Below are positions 17,642 to 27,201 of a stretch of DNA of 64,000 nt, piece by piece. The notes below the pieces were generated by a model. The model worked only from the letters and a program-made list of their open reading frames with translations, was not told the origin of the DNA and did no database searches. The position numbers and the translations under genes were made by a program. The number at the start of each line of letters is the position of its first letter. Positions within the stretch are counted from its first letter, which is position 1. Origin of the DNA: an uncultured Gemmatimonadales bacterium (GTDB lineage Bacteria; Gemmatimonadota; Gemmatimonadetes; Gemmatimonadales; Gemmatimonadaceae). The stretch spans positions 2,464,001 through 2,528,000 of the forward strand of contig OY969695.1 in assembly GCA_963701965.1 (NCBI GenBank), in the 5' to 3' direction.

Positions 17642-20038
17642 TTACCGGGTGCGATCGAATTCGAGGATCGCGATCGCGCCGTTGGACGCCGCTTCGTCGG
17701 GCGTCCGCGGCACGGCGATGGAGTCGAGCACACCGGCGGCCCAGCGCGGCAATCGGTCGGCGTAGCGCGGGCTCACGGGGTTGCCGGACTGGCCGCCGGG
17801 GTAGATGGCCCACGCCCGCACCGTCGGGCCCAGTTCGACGACCATGCGCCAACTGGGTCCGTGCACGCCCCGTTTGCCGAGCGGACTGACCGTCTCGGTC
17901 CCGCCGTCCACCGGGATACCGAGCCGCGAGAGCGCGGGGATCTCGAGCAGGTGGTAGATATGGACCGATCGCACCCGATCCCAGCGCCAGCCGCCGCCGT
18001 CGGGCGGCCCGTAGAGCCGGGTCACGTGCGTCAACGCCGCCCGCAGGCTCGCGGCCAGCACGGAATCGCGCGGCGCGTCCCACCACGCGCTCGTCGAGTC
18101 GCCGAGCAGCTCGCCCAACACCGCTTCGTTGGGGCGGACGGGCAATCGGCGCCACACGTGGTCCTGCAGCTGATCCATCGCCTCCTCGAACAGCACCGCG
18201 CGCGTATTCTCCCGCGTGTAGCGGCGGTCCCATTCGGCCAGCAGGCGCCCCGCTTCGCTGCCCCGCGCCGCGCGCAGGAAGAACGGCACGAAGAAGTCGG
18301 CGCGCGCGCTGCCGGGATCCGTCTGGAACCGGCGCATCGCGTCCGGCGTCACCGCCGAATCCGCGCGCAGCAGCGCATTGATGCGCATCGCGCGCCACGG
18401 CGGCTCCCAGTCCGCAGCCAGATAACCCGGTGACGCGGCCGGGTCGCTTGGCTCTTGGTTCGCCGAGGCCAAGAAGCCCTGCGGCGGGTTGATCGCGGTC
18501 GGCCAGGCGGCCACGGGTTCGTCGGCGCGCCAATCGCTGGCGGCCAATGCGCCATCGCGGATGACCGTGCCGAGATCGTCGCCGCCCCGCACCGGAAATC
18601 GCCCGTTCGAGCGAATGGCGATAGTCCCCGCGCGATCGGCGACGAGCATGTTCTGCGCCGGCACCAGAAACCCTTCCATGCCCCGCAGAAACTCCGCCAC
18701 GGTATGGGCGTGGGCCGCGTGGTCGAGCGCTGTGACGTTGTCGGATGGCTCCAGGGCCGTCCACCGCGTGGAAATCCAGTGTCCGCCAACGCGCCGCAGC
18801 GGCCCGCGGTGCGTGTAGCGCAGAGTGTCCGTCGCCAGCACCCGCCCCGACGGATCGCGATACGCCTCGACGTCGCGCTCGATGGGCCGCCACGCGCCAT
18901 CGACGCGATACCGCGTCGGCTGCACCGGATCGTCGACGGTCTCGGCGTATTCGTCCATGACGTCGGCGCCGGTATTCGTGAACGTCCACGCGATATCGCG
19001 ATTGAACCCAATGACGATGTTCGGCGATCCCGGTATGGTGACGCCGTACACGTCCATCTCCCCGGGCACGACGAGATGCGCCTCGTACCAGATCGAGGGC
19101 AACGTGAGATCGAGATGCGGATCGCCCGCCAGCAACGCGGCGCCGTTCCGCGTGCGGCGCGGCGCCACCGCCCAATTGTTGCTGCCAACGTCGTAGTGGG
19201 GCGCGTCGGGCGGCGGCGCGAAGGCGAAGCCGGGGAGCGTCGTGTCCGGCGCGCCCGGTGGCGGCAGGCGCCCGGGAAGCCACCGGGGTTCGGTGATCCC
19301 CGAACCGGCCGGCGGCGGGACGATCGGTTGCTGCAGGGGGCTATGGATCGGCAACAGCGCATCGGCCGCCACCGTCCCCACCCGCGCGGCGAGCGCGGTG
19401 CGCGCCGCTTCGTCGTCGCTCATTGCCAGCACGACGCTCATCCGGTTCAACAGATGCAGCGTGTTGATCGGCAACCAACGCACCGGCCGCCGCCCCAATA
19501 GATGGTATTCGAACGGCAGATCCTGGGGCTTCATCCGGGCGATCCACGTGTTGACCCCATCGGCGTAGGCGCGCGACGCCCGATAGGCCAACCCGGTGGT
19601 ATCCCACGACGCAACCTGTCGCTCCGCCGCTCGCGGCAGCCCGAGGGCGCGCGCCTCGCGGTCGAGCGGCAACGCGGCGGCGCCGAGCAACTCGGTGAGA
19701 TGACCACTCGCCGCCCGGGTCTGGATATCCAGTTGGAACAACCGGTCGCGCGCCACCACATAGCCCAGCGCCCGATACGCATCGAGCGTCGTATGGGCGA
19801 AGATGTGCGGCACGCCCCGCGTGTCGTAGAACACCCGCACCGACGAATCCAGCGTGCGCATCCGTCGCACCAGCGTGAATTCCGGAAGCTCGGCCCCCGG
19901 AGCGACCGACCACACGCCCGTCGCGGGATTGAGGAACACGCCGAGCGGGGGCAGCGGACCGAGTCGCGGCGCGCTGAGTCCCAGGGTCACGACGAGAACA
20001 GCGAGCGCGCCGGCGATGCGCCACGGTCGGCGGGGCAT
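17642..20038 (-). CDS. Penicillin acylase family Ntn-hydrolase (S45)
   Basis: DTRGVPHIFA, ARDRLFQLD, GSNNWAV (catalytic Ser), AGDPHL, PGGQSGNP. Confidence 0.95.
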   Translation of the reverse strand: MPRRPWRIAGALAVLVVTLGLSAPRLGPLPPLGVFLNPATGVWSVAPGAELPEFTLVRRMRTLDSSVRVFYDTRGVPHIFAHTTLDAYRALGYVVARDRLFQLDIQTRAASGHLTELLGAAALPLDREARALGLPRAAERQVASWDTTGLAYRASRAYADGVNTWIARMKPQDLPFEYHLLGRRPVRWLPINTLHLLNRMSVVLAMSDDEAARTALAARVGTVAADALLPIHSPLQQPIVPPPAGSGITEPRWLPGRLPPPGAPDTTLPGFAFAPPPDAPHYDVGSNNWAVAPRRTRNGAALLAGDPHLDLTLPSIWYEAHLVVPGEMDVYGVTIPGSPNIVIGFNRDIAWTFTNTGADVMDEYAETVDDPVQPTRYRVDGAWRPIERDVEAYRDPSGRVLATDTLRYTHRGPLRRVGGHWISTRWTALEPSDNVTALDHAAHAHTVAEFLRGMEGFLVPAQNMLVADRAGTIAIRSNGRFPVRGGDDLGTVIRDGALAASDWRADEPVAAWPTAINPPQGFLASANQEPSDPAASPGYLAADWEPPWRAMRINALLRADSAVTPDAMRRFQTDPGSARADFFVPFFLRAARGSEAGRLLAEWDRRYTRENTRAVLFEEAMDQLQDHVWRRLPVRPNEAVLGELLGDSTSAWWDAPRDSVLAASLRAALTHVTRLYGPPDGGGWRWDRVRSVHIYHLLEIPALSRLGIPVDGGTETVSPLGKRGVHGPSWRMVVELGPTVRAWAIYPGGQSGNPVSPRYADRLPRWAAGVLDSIAVPRTPDEAASNGAIAILEFDRTR

Positions 20039-20089
20039 GACACAAGTTGCCACGGTGCGCTCGCGACGGCGAGGCCCGTGGAGACGCCG

Positions 20090-21769
20090 TTACGGGTTCG
20101 GCGTCCGCGTCCGACGCAGCGAGTCCGCGGTGTCCCGCGGCGGGCGCACCGACACCGCGAGTCCCGGGTCCGGCTCGGAAGCCCGTGGAATCGGCGCCGC
20201 GCCAGGTTTCACGACGGCCGCCGTCATCGAATCGTGTTGCGGTTCGGCCGGCGGACGGCGGCGGCGGAGCTTGTGGTGCACCGGCGCCGCGGAGGCCACC
20301 GTCATGGTGTCGATCCGCGCCGGCGGCGGCGTCACCAGGGCAACGGACCGCGCGGTCCGCCCGCTCGGCGCCAGTGCCTCGATCGGCGGAGCCACGTATG
20401 GCGCCGCCGGATCCGGCGATGTCGCTGGCGGTGGGGCGGCGGGCGGTGACGCTTGCGGCGATGCCGGCGACGATGCCGCGGGCGGCGGGATGACCACCGG
20501 CGCCAGTCGCGCCGGCGTGGTCGGTGCGTTCGACCGGACCAGCTGCACCGTCAGCACGCTCGTCGCCAATGCGACGAACGCGCTGCAGATCACCGCGAGC
20601 CCCAGCAGACGCCGCCGATCCAACGCCGGACTGGGCACGCGGATGAACGTGTGCTGCGGGCGCGGCGGTACGGTCCGCGGCTCGCCCGGCGGTCCCGCCG
20701 TCGCCGGCTCGCTCCATCCGGCCGGCCGGCCTTTGACCCAGGCTTTGCGCCGCTCGATGCCGTCCCAGCGCCGCCGATCGCGCCCGCCGTATCCGTCGGC
20801 GCCACCCGTCGGCCCCGACACGCGCCGCACGGGCAAGCTCGGTCGAGGAAGCGGAACAGGACTCGACGGCCCCTCGCGCACGGCCGGCGCGCGGGACTCC
20901 GGCCGATACAGGGCGGCGAGCCCGGCGATCGGCGTCGCCAACGTGGGCACGCCTTTGGTCGCCGTACCGGTCCAGGGCTCCAACATGGCCGCGACGTCCA
21001 CCTGCACCCCGTGATCCAGCACTTCATGCACGGCCCGCTCGGGCTCCTGCGCCGCGATGGCCTCGCGCGCCGCCGCCCACGGCGCGCCAGGCACCGCGCC
21101 ACTGCACGCGCACCCGACGCGCGCCGCGAGATCAATGACGCACCAATGGCGCTTGGATACGTGATACGCGATTTCGGCGACGTAGTCGACGGACTCGGGT
21201 TCGGTCACGGCCTGCCCGCGCCCCTCGGCATAGACCCAATTCGGCGCCGGCACACCGCCCGGCAACGAGTAGAATCGGCGCCCATCGCGCGCGACCCGCT
21301 CGTCCATGGTCGTCGGTTGCTCGGTCGGTATGATGCCGCGCTTGGCGAGGCTCTTGAGCAGCGCCGCGGGCGAGGCGTACTTGTCGATGGCGGGATCCAC
21401 CGCGCCCGGACAGTCGCCGATGTACGTGACATGCAGCCCGTGCAGTCCCGCGCGGGCGCGGAGGTACCGCGCCGCGGCGACAGGCGGGGAGATGAACGGC
21501 AGGAGATTCGGCCGGAGGCTCCCGATCCGTCGCATCTTCTCGGCGACCCGGGGACAGGAGCACAGGATCAGCGCCTCGTCGCCGCGCGCCGCCAGCCGCT
21601 TGAGCGTCGCCTCGGCGATCAGCTCATCGCCCCAACTCGCCGGCACGGCCGCGGTGTAGCCCGCGGCCACGCACGCGTTGGCCAGCTGCACAGGCGTAGC
21701 CGGACGCGCCGCGAGAATCGCGTCCGCGCCGAGGATGACGACGGCCGGTGCTTGTTGCTGCTGGGACAA
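20090..21769 (-). CDS. Protein with degenerate [FeFe]-hydrogenase large-subunit C-terminal-like domain, TM helix and Pro-rich tail
   Basis: SWGDELIA, ILCSCPRV, ISPPVAAARYLR, VTYIGDCPG, SLPGG, IDLAARVGCACSG; TM LLGLAVICSAFVALATSVLTV; TTG start. Confidence 0.65.
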   Translation of the reverse strand: MSQQQQAPAVVILGADAILAARPATPVQLANACVAAGYTAAVPASWGDELIAEATLKRLAARGDEALILCSCPRVAEKMRRIGSLRPNLLPFISPPVAAARYLRARAGLHGLHVTYIGDCPGAVDPAIDKYASPAALLKSLAKRGIIPTEQPTTMDERVARDGRRFYSLPGGVPAPNWVYAEGRGQAVTEPESVDYVAEIAYHVSKRHWCVIDLAARVGCACSGAVPGAPWAAAREAIAAQEPERAVHEVLDHGVQVDVAAMLEPWTGTATKGVPTLATPIAGLAALYRPESRAPAVREGPSSPVPLPRPSLPVRRVSGPTGGADGYGGRDRRRWDGIERRKAWVKGRPAGWSEPATAGPPGEPRTVPPRPQHTFIRVPSPALDRRRLLGLAVICSAFVALATSVLTVQLVRSNAPTTPARLAPVVIPPPAASSPASPQASPPAAPPPATSPDPAAPYVAPPIEALAPSGRTARSVALVTPPPARIDTMTVASAAPVHHKLRRRRPPAEPQHDSMTAAVVKPGAAPIPRASEPDPGLAVSVRPPRDTADSLRRTRTPNP

Positions 21770-21807
21770 GGCGTTTTGAGGCTAGAGCCGTAAAGAGTGC
21801 AGCGGAG

Positions 21808-21843
21808 GAGCTCTCGGCGCAGCCGAGAGCTGTCCAACCGACT
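21808..21843 (+). repeat. Intergenic copy of the hairpin element found inside lhr
   Basis: GAGCTCTCGGCGCAGCCGAGAGCTGTCCAACCGACT versus lhr GAGATCCCGGCGCAGCCGGGATCAGTTCAACCGACT: 30/36 identical, stem differences compensatory. Confidence 0.85.
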
Positions 21844-21901
21844 GCCTCTCACGGGTGCGTCAGCACCCAATGAGAGGCCCCTCAGAGAGAGGACGTCCCG
21901 C

Positions 21902-22930
21902 TTACGGTTCGTGCAACAGGGAGATAGTCCCGGAGCCGCTGTCGATGGACATCTTGCCCCCGCCGCCGGAGCCGATTCGCCCCGTGAAATGCGAGTCATC
22001 GTCCCGCCCGCGGTCCAAACGCCAGTCGCTCTTGACCGCCCCCGACCCGGCGTCAATGTCGACCGCGGCGGCGAACGACGCGGGAAGCCGCAGCGTCACG
22101 TCCCCCGAACCGGCGTCGACTTTGACCCGTTGGATCCCTTTGGCAAAGGCCAGGTCGACATCGCCGCTGCCCGCATCGAGCGACATCTCATCGACGGCCA
22201 GACCGGAAATCCTGGTCATGCCGGAGGCGAGGTCGAGCTTGGCGCGCCGGTAAGCGACGGTCGTGGCGCGCAGCGCGCCCGATCCGGCGTCGATCTCTAG
22301 CCGTTCGCCGCCCACATTGGTGAGGGTGACGTCTCCCGAACCCCCGTCGATCGAGAGCTCGCCCCGCGCGTCGCTGATCTGGGTCGGTCCGGACCCGGCG
22401 TCGATGGAGAGCGCGCCGCGGGTATGCGTCGCCGTGAACGAGGCGGCGCCGAGATCGGCCACCACGTCGCCGTCGACATTGGCGACCGACGCCGAACCAA
22501 TGGCCAGATAGAGCGAGAGGCGGGCGCCGGTCGGCAAGTGGATCGTGAGATCGGCGTGGGCATCGAGCCCGCCGTTCGAAGACACGCGCACGCGGCGGCC
22601 GTGCGTGTGCCAATTCCCGCCCCACGTGCCGTCTTCCGCGACATCCAGCGTCATCGAGCCGCGATCCATCCCCCGATACATCACGCGGTCCGTGGGATAC
22701 AGCACGCGGAGGGTTTGCCGGTCGTGCAGCACGCCGGTGGCGATCGACAGTCGGCCCGCATCCGCCCCAGCCCGGTCGACATCGACCACGATGTCACTGC
22801 CGGTGCCGGCCACGACACGGATCGTGCCCGCGATGTCATAGACGTCGGCGGGCGAGGAGAGCGTGCGGTGTTCCGTTTGGGCGGTCAGGCAGGCCGGCAG
22901 CGCGACCGCGTACCACAGGTGTCTCATCAT
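21902..22930 (-). CDS. DUF4097 family beta-strand repeat (adhesin-like) protein
   Basis: Signal peptide; repeated IDAGSG/DLASG units. Confidence 0.88.
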   Translation of the reverse strand: MMRHLWYAVALPACLTAQTEHRTLSSPADVYDIAGTIRVVAGTGSDIVVDVDRAGADAGRLSIATGVLHDRQTLRVLYPTDRVMYRGMDRGSMTLDVAEDGTWGGNWHTHGRRVRVSSNGGLDAHADLTIHLPTGARLSLYLAIGSASVANVDGDVVADLGAASFTATHTRGALSIDAGSGPTQISDARGELSIDGGSGDVTLTNVGGERLEIDAGSGALRATTVAYRRAKLDLASGMTRISGLAVDEMSLDAGSGDVDLAFAKGIQRVKVDAGSGDVTLRLPASFAAAVDIDAGSGAVKSDWRLDRGRDDDSHFTGRIGSGGGGKMSIDSGSGTISLLHEP

Positions 22931-22937
22931 TTCCTGA

Positions 22938-23498
22938 TCAGACAGCGGCCCCGGTCCCACGGTTTATAGACTCGATCGCGCCCAGGACTTCATCGACCGT
23001 GGCCTGGCCCTTGTCCCGCGCATACCAGGCGCGGATCGCCTTGTAGCGCTCCTCTTTGGGCAGCGCCATCCCCTCCGAGACCGTCCACGCCTGGATCGCG
23101 CGCGGACGCGGTCCCCACCAGGCGCGCTCCTCGTATCCGGCGTCGAGGATCATGACGACAGGGATCGACCGCGACCGGCCCGTGAGATGCGCGTCCATGA
23201 GATCCGGGTTGGCATCGCGCTCGATGATGCGCAGCGAGATATTGGGCGCGCGCTCGGTGAGCCGCGCGAGCACCGGGACGGTGTTGACCGCATCGCCGCA
23301 CCAGTCCTCGGCCAGCACCAGCAGGTGCCAGGGACCGCCGAGCGCCGCCGCCCGGGCCACCGCGGCGTCGGAGACCTGGGCATGGGCGTACACGCCGCGC
23401 CACAGATCCACGTTGGCGGTGGCCGCCTCGACAAAGGCGTCGAGCGGGAGTCCGCCCTCGAAACGTTCGCGCAGCGAGAGCGAGGCCGGCGCCGTCAC
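22938..23498 (-). CDS. Thioredoxin family protein (Thioredoxin_9, WCGD)
   Basis: LAEDWCGDAVNTVP, RSIPVV, WGPRP. Confidence 0.88.
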   Translation of the reverse strand: MTAPASLSLRERFEGGLPLDAFVEAATANVDLWRGVYAHAQVSDAAVARAAALGGPWHLLVLAEDWCGDAVNTVPVLARLTERAPNISLRIIERDANPDLMDAHLTGRSRSIPVVMILDAGYEERAWWGPRPRAIQAWTVSEGMALPKEERYKAIRAWYARDKGQATVDEVLGAIESINRGTGAAV

Positions 23499-23956
23499 GA
23501 CGCTGCCGGGGTCTGGAGGGCGGCGAGCTGGGATTGCACTTGTCGCCGGAATTCGAGCGGCGCCGCAATGTTGGGGTACGACTCGCGCGTGCCCCCGCTG
23601 CCGGTGATCGTCACGGTGCCATAGTCGAACAGGCGGCCCACCAGCGTCTGATCCACCCCAATGCCCTCGACCTTGCCGAGCATGAGCTCCAGCGTGCGCC
23701 GTTGCATGGCGCCGACCGCGACAATGACCCGGTGATTCGTCACGGCGAATTCCGCCGACGCGCGCCGCGCCCACACGCCCAGCCACACCAACGCGGCGAT
23801 CGCCAGCGCCGGGATGGCCAGCAGCCACAGGTTCAGGACCCCTCCGGCGATCGCCACCAGCACGAAGGGCACGACCCACAGGTACGGCAACCGGTAGAGT
23901 GAGGCCCGATAGACGATGCGCTCGCCCGCGATCAGGTTGCGTTCGACGTATCTCAT
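23495..23956 (-). CDS. Bacterial PH-domain membrane protein
   Basis: MRYVERNLIAGERIVY, 2 TM segments, EFAVTNHRVI, GRLFDYGTVTITGSGG. Confidence 0.88.
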   Translation of the reverse strand: MRYVERNLIAGERIVYRASLYRLPYLWVVPFVLVAIAGGVLNLWLLAIPALAIAALVWLGVWARRASAEFAVTNHRVIVAVGAMQRRTLELMLGKVEGIGVDQTLVGRLFDYGTVTITGSGGTRESYPNIAAPLEFRRQVQSQLAALQTPAAS

Positions 23957-25880
23957 GTCGGAGAGACGATCGAGGCGATCGGATCGTCGATCTCCTCCTC
24001 TTCGCGATTCAACCGGTCGCGGAGCGTGGCCGCGTGGCCGAGGAGGAACGGCACCGCGATGACCACGACATTGGGGCGGAACAGGAACGCCGTGCGGATG
24101 TACAGCGCGGTCTTGTTGTGGAGCAGGTGCTCCCACCAGTGCTTGGGCACGATCTCCGGCACCACGACGCTCACCAGCTCGCCCATGGTGTCGCACCGCA
24201 GGGAGTCGACATACCGCACCAGCGGCCGGATGATGGAACGGTACGGCGACGGGACGACGACGAGATCGACCCCAATGTCCCACTGTTCCCATTCGCGCTG
24301 GATCGCTTCCGTGGCCTTGGGATCGACCTCGACGTAAACGGCCCGGACATCATCCGAGATCGTGGTCGCGTAGACCAGCGCGCCGGCCGTGGCTTTGGAG
24401 ATGCCGTTGATCGGCACGATGACCGTGTGCCGCAGCGGCGCGATCGGGCTCCGTCCGTCGAACTTGATGGCGTCGGCGAATTTGACGTAGTGGCGGTGGA
24501 TGGCGACCAGCAGCAGAAGCAAGGCGGAATGATCAGCACCACGATCCAGGCGCCCGTGGTGAACTTGGTCCACACCTGGATGACGCTGACGATGCCCGTG
24601 GCCGCCGCGCCCAGTCCGTTCAACGCCGCCCGCCACTGCCACCCACTGTCGCGGCAGCGGAACCAGTGCACGACCATGCCCGCTTGCGACAGCGTGAAGC
24701 AGACGAACACGCCGACGGCGTACAGCGGGATCAGGGCATTGGTGTTGCCCCGGAAGATCCAGATCAGGAAGATCGCCAGCAGCGCGAGCGTGACGATGCC
24801 GTTGGAGAACGCCAGGCGGTCGCCACGCGCGGCAAGCTGCCGGGGCATGTACCGATCGTTGGCCAGGATGCTGGCCAGCCGCGGGAAGTCGGCGAAGGCC
24901 GTGTTGGCGGCCAGGACCAGCACCGCGAACGTCGCGTACTGCAGGGCGTAATACCAGAATCCGGTGCCGAAGACCCGGTGTCCCAGCTGCGACAGGACCG
25001 TTTCGCCGAGCGGCTGGACGGTCACCTGGTAGTGGTGGGCGAGCAGGCTCGTACCCAGGAAGAACACGGCCAGGATGCTGACCATCCACACCAGCGTCGT
25101 GGCCGCGTTCCGGGCCGCGGGCTGTTTGAAGACCATGACCCCGTTGGAGATGGCTTCCGTGCCCGTCATTGCCGAGCAGCCCTCGGAGAACGCGCGCAGC
25201 AGCAGGATCTGAAACGCGAACCCGATCGGGATGATGCCGGGGTGGGTGACGGGCAGGGTGGCGACGACCGGCGTGACGTCGGGTGCATGCGCGAACCAGT
25301 GATAGAGGCCGCTCGCGATGAGCCCGATCATCATGGCGATGAACGCGTACGTCGGCACGCGGAACGCGGCGCCCGAGTCCCGGACGCCGCGCAAATTCAC
25401 CACCATGAGGACCAGCGCCGCGGCGACGCAGAAGAGGACTCGTCGGGGCGCGAGCGTGGGATAGGCCGACGCGATCGCGTCGACTCCGGACGCGATCGAC
25501 ACCGAGACGGTCAGGATGTAGTCGGTAAGCAGCGCCGCGGCGGCCACGAGTCCCGGGGTGACGCCCAGGTTCTCGCGGGCCACTGTGTAGGAGCCGCCGC
25601 CGCCCGGATACGCGAAGATCGTCTGGCGATACGAAAGGCCGACGAGGACGAGCAGCGCGACAATGACGCCGGAGATGGGGACGACGTACTGGACCGCGGC
25701 GGCGCCCAGAACGGCCAGGACGATCAGGATCTGGTCGGTGGCGTAGGCGACGGACGAGATGGCGTCCGACGACAGGACAGCCAGGGCGGTGACTTTGCCG
25801 AGCCGCTCATGGTCCAATCGCTCGCTGGCGAGTGGACGACCGAACAGCAGGTTTTTCAGGTGACGAAAAATTCGGCCCAT
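23953..25880 (-). CDS. APC family permease, KimA/YdaO-like K+ transporter; 1-nt frameshift at ~24525
   Basis: LSSDAISSVAYA, YPGGGGSY, TGTEAISNG, AFADFPRL; C-terminal domain (SPYRS, WWEHLLHN) in another frame; one added G restores IIPALLLLLVAIHRHY. Confidence 0.88.
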
Positions 25881-25918
25881 TCCTGTTGAATTTTAGCCGG
25901 GGCGGTAGAATTCAGGCT

Positions 25919-26464
25919 ATGGCCGCCTTTTACCGGGATGGCGAGCGGTACCCACTTGACGGCGAACGGAGCGTCATTCGCTTCGAGCTGCACAACTTGG
26001 GCATCCCGACCCTCAGGGGCACGCTCCACCCGCGGGCCGGCGAGATCGTCGTGGGCGCTGAAGCCGCGGTACGCTCAGCCGACTTTCACGTCGACGCCGC
26101 TAGTGTGCGAATTGACGGGCACAACCCCCACGCCGGGATCGTGGACCGCCTTTTCGGCAGCGACGACCACCCGACGATCACCTTCACCACGACGTGGGCG
26201 CGGCCGGTTGGTCACGGCCGGGTGGAGCTCGAAGGCATCCTCACTATGCACGGGGCCGAGCATCTCTTCAGCCTGCGTAGCGAGGGCGGCGCTTGGGAAC
26301 CGGGGAGCGGCGCCATGTGGCACCGCGGCACCGCGCGCGGCGTGCTGGATCGCACCACCTGGGAAAACCGGCGCCACACGTTGCGCGACGTGGCCGATCT
26401 GCTGCTCGGCCACGACGTGCACTTGGTGGCCGAGTTGTACGCGGGCCCCCGCCCGAACCAATAG
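25919..26464 (+). CDS. YceI-like protein (cytoplasmic, divergent)
   Basis: LDGERSVIRF...LRGT...LFGSDDHPTITF...EGILTMHG; TAGAAT box 7 nt before ATG. Confidence 0.7.
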   Translation: MAAFYRDGERYPLDGERSVIRFELHNLGIPTLRGTLHPRAGEIVVGAEAAVRSADFHVDAASVRIDGHNPHAGIVDRLFGSDDHPTITFTTTWARPVGHGRVELEGILTMHGAEHLFSLRSEGGAWEPGSGAMWHRGTARGVLDRTTWENRRHTLRDVADLLLGHDVHLVAELYAGPRPNQ

Positions 26465-26490
26465 CCGAGTCTGCCGCTAAGTAGGGCCTC

Positions 26491-26928
26491 TCACGCTTGC
26501 AGCCGATATCCTACTTTCGACACGGTCAGGATATGGCGCGGTTCCGACGGCACGGCTTCCAGTCGCCGCCGCAGCTCGAAGACGTGGGTGTCCACCGTCC
26601 GCGTGGCGCGCGGATCATGCCAATGCCATACCTCGGCCAGCAGCTCGGCGCGCGAAACGACCGCGCCACGCCGGCGAACGAGGGCCACCAGCAGATCGAA
26701 TAACTTGGGGCTCAGCGACACGGCCTGGTGGCCGCGCACGACGGTACGCGTCATGGGGTCGACCGTGATATCGCCGAACTGCTCGCGCGCCGCGGGCATG
26801 GGCGAGACGATGGCTCGGCCCTCCTCGCCTCCCAGCTCGCGCAGGATGCGGAGGCCGTCCCGCTCCGGTACTATGACCTGGAGCGCGACCCACCGGCCAT
26901 CGATCGGGACTTTTTCGGGCATCGTCAC
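26491..26928 (-). CDS. OmpR/PhoB-type winged-helix regulator without a receiver domain
   Basis: FGDITVD...LSPKLFDLL...VVSRAELLAEVW...TRTVDTHVFELRRRLE...ILTVSKVGYRL. Confidence 0.85.
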   Translation of the reverse strand: MTMPEKVPIDGRWVALQVIVPERDGLRILRELGGEEGRAIVSPMPAAREQFGDITVDPMTRTVVRGHQAVSLSPKLFDLLVALVRRRGAVVSRAELLAEVWHWHDPRATRTVDTHVFELRRRLEAVPSEPRHILTVSKVGYRLQA

Positions 26929-27102
26929 GATCGCATTGTAGGTCCACGAACCTGACTCCAGCCACGATTCGGGGATGAATCGCGCCGGGGGTGTGACCGG
27001 GCGCCGCTCGGCGCGTCGAACCGCGTAGCACCCACGTTGCGCCATACTCCCCCGGGTCGTCGCGTTTCACCCCCCTTACCGAGCGTTTCGTCCCCTATCA
27101 TG

Positions 27103-27134
27103 TTGCTCTCGCGTCATCAACCCGTACATTCGGC
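27103..27134 (+). promoter_or_regulatory. Putative sigma70 promoter of susC1
   Basis: TTGCTC-N16-TACATT; TACATTCGGC is also present upstream of susC2 (31817-31826). Confidence 0.5.
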
Positions 27135-27201
27135 CCGTTGAGTTTTAAGGACGTAGTACGACGGAACCAGGACCTGGATCTAACACTCCGGAGGTAAGCC
27201 C

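Noticed and set aside
25881..25918. c-di-AMP (ydaO) riboswitch upstream of the kimA-like gene
   Set aside because: Only 38 bp of intergenic space, occupied by two -10 boxes
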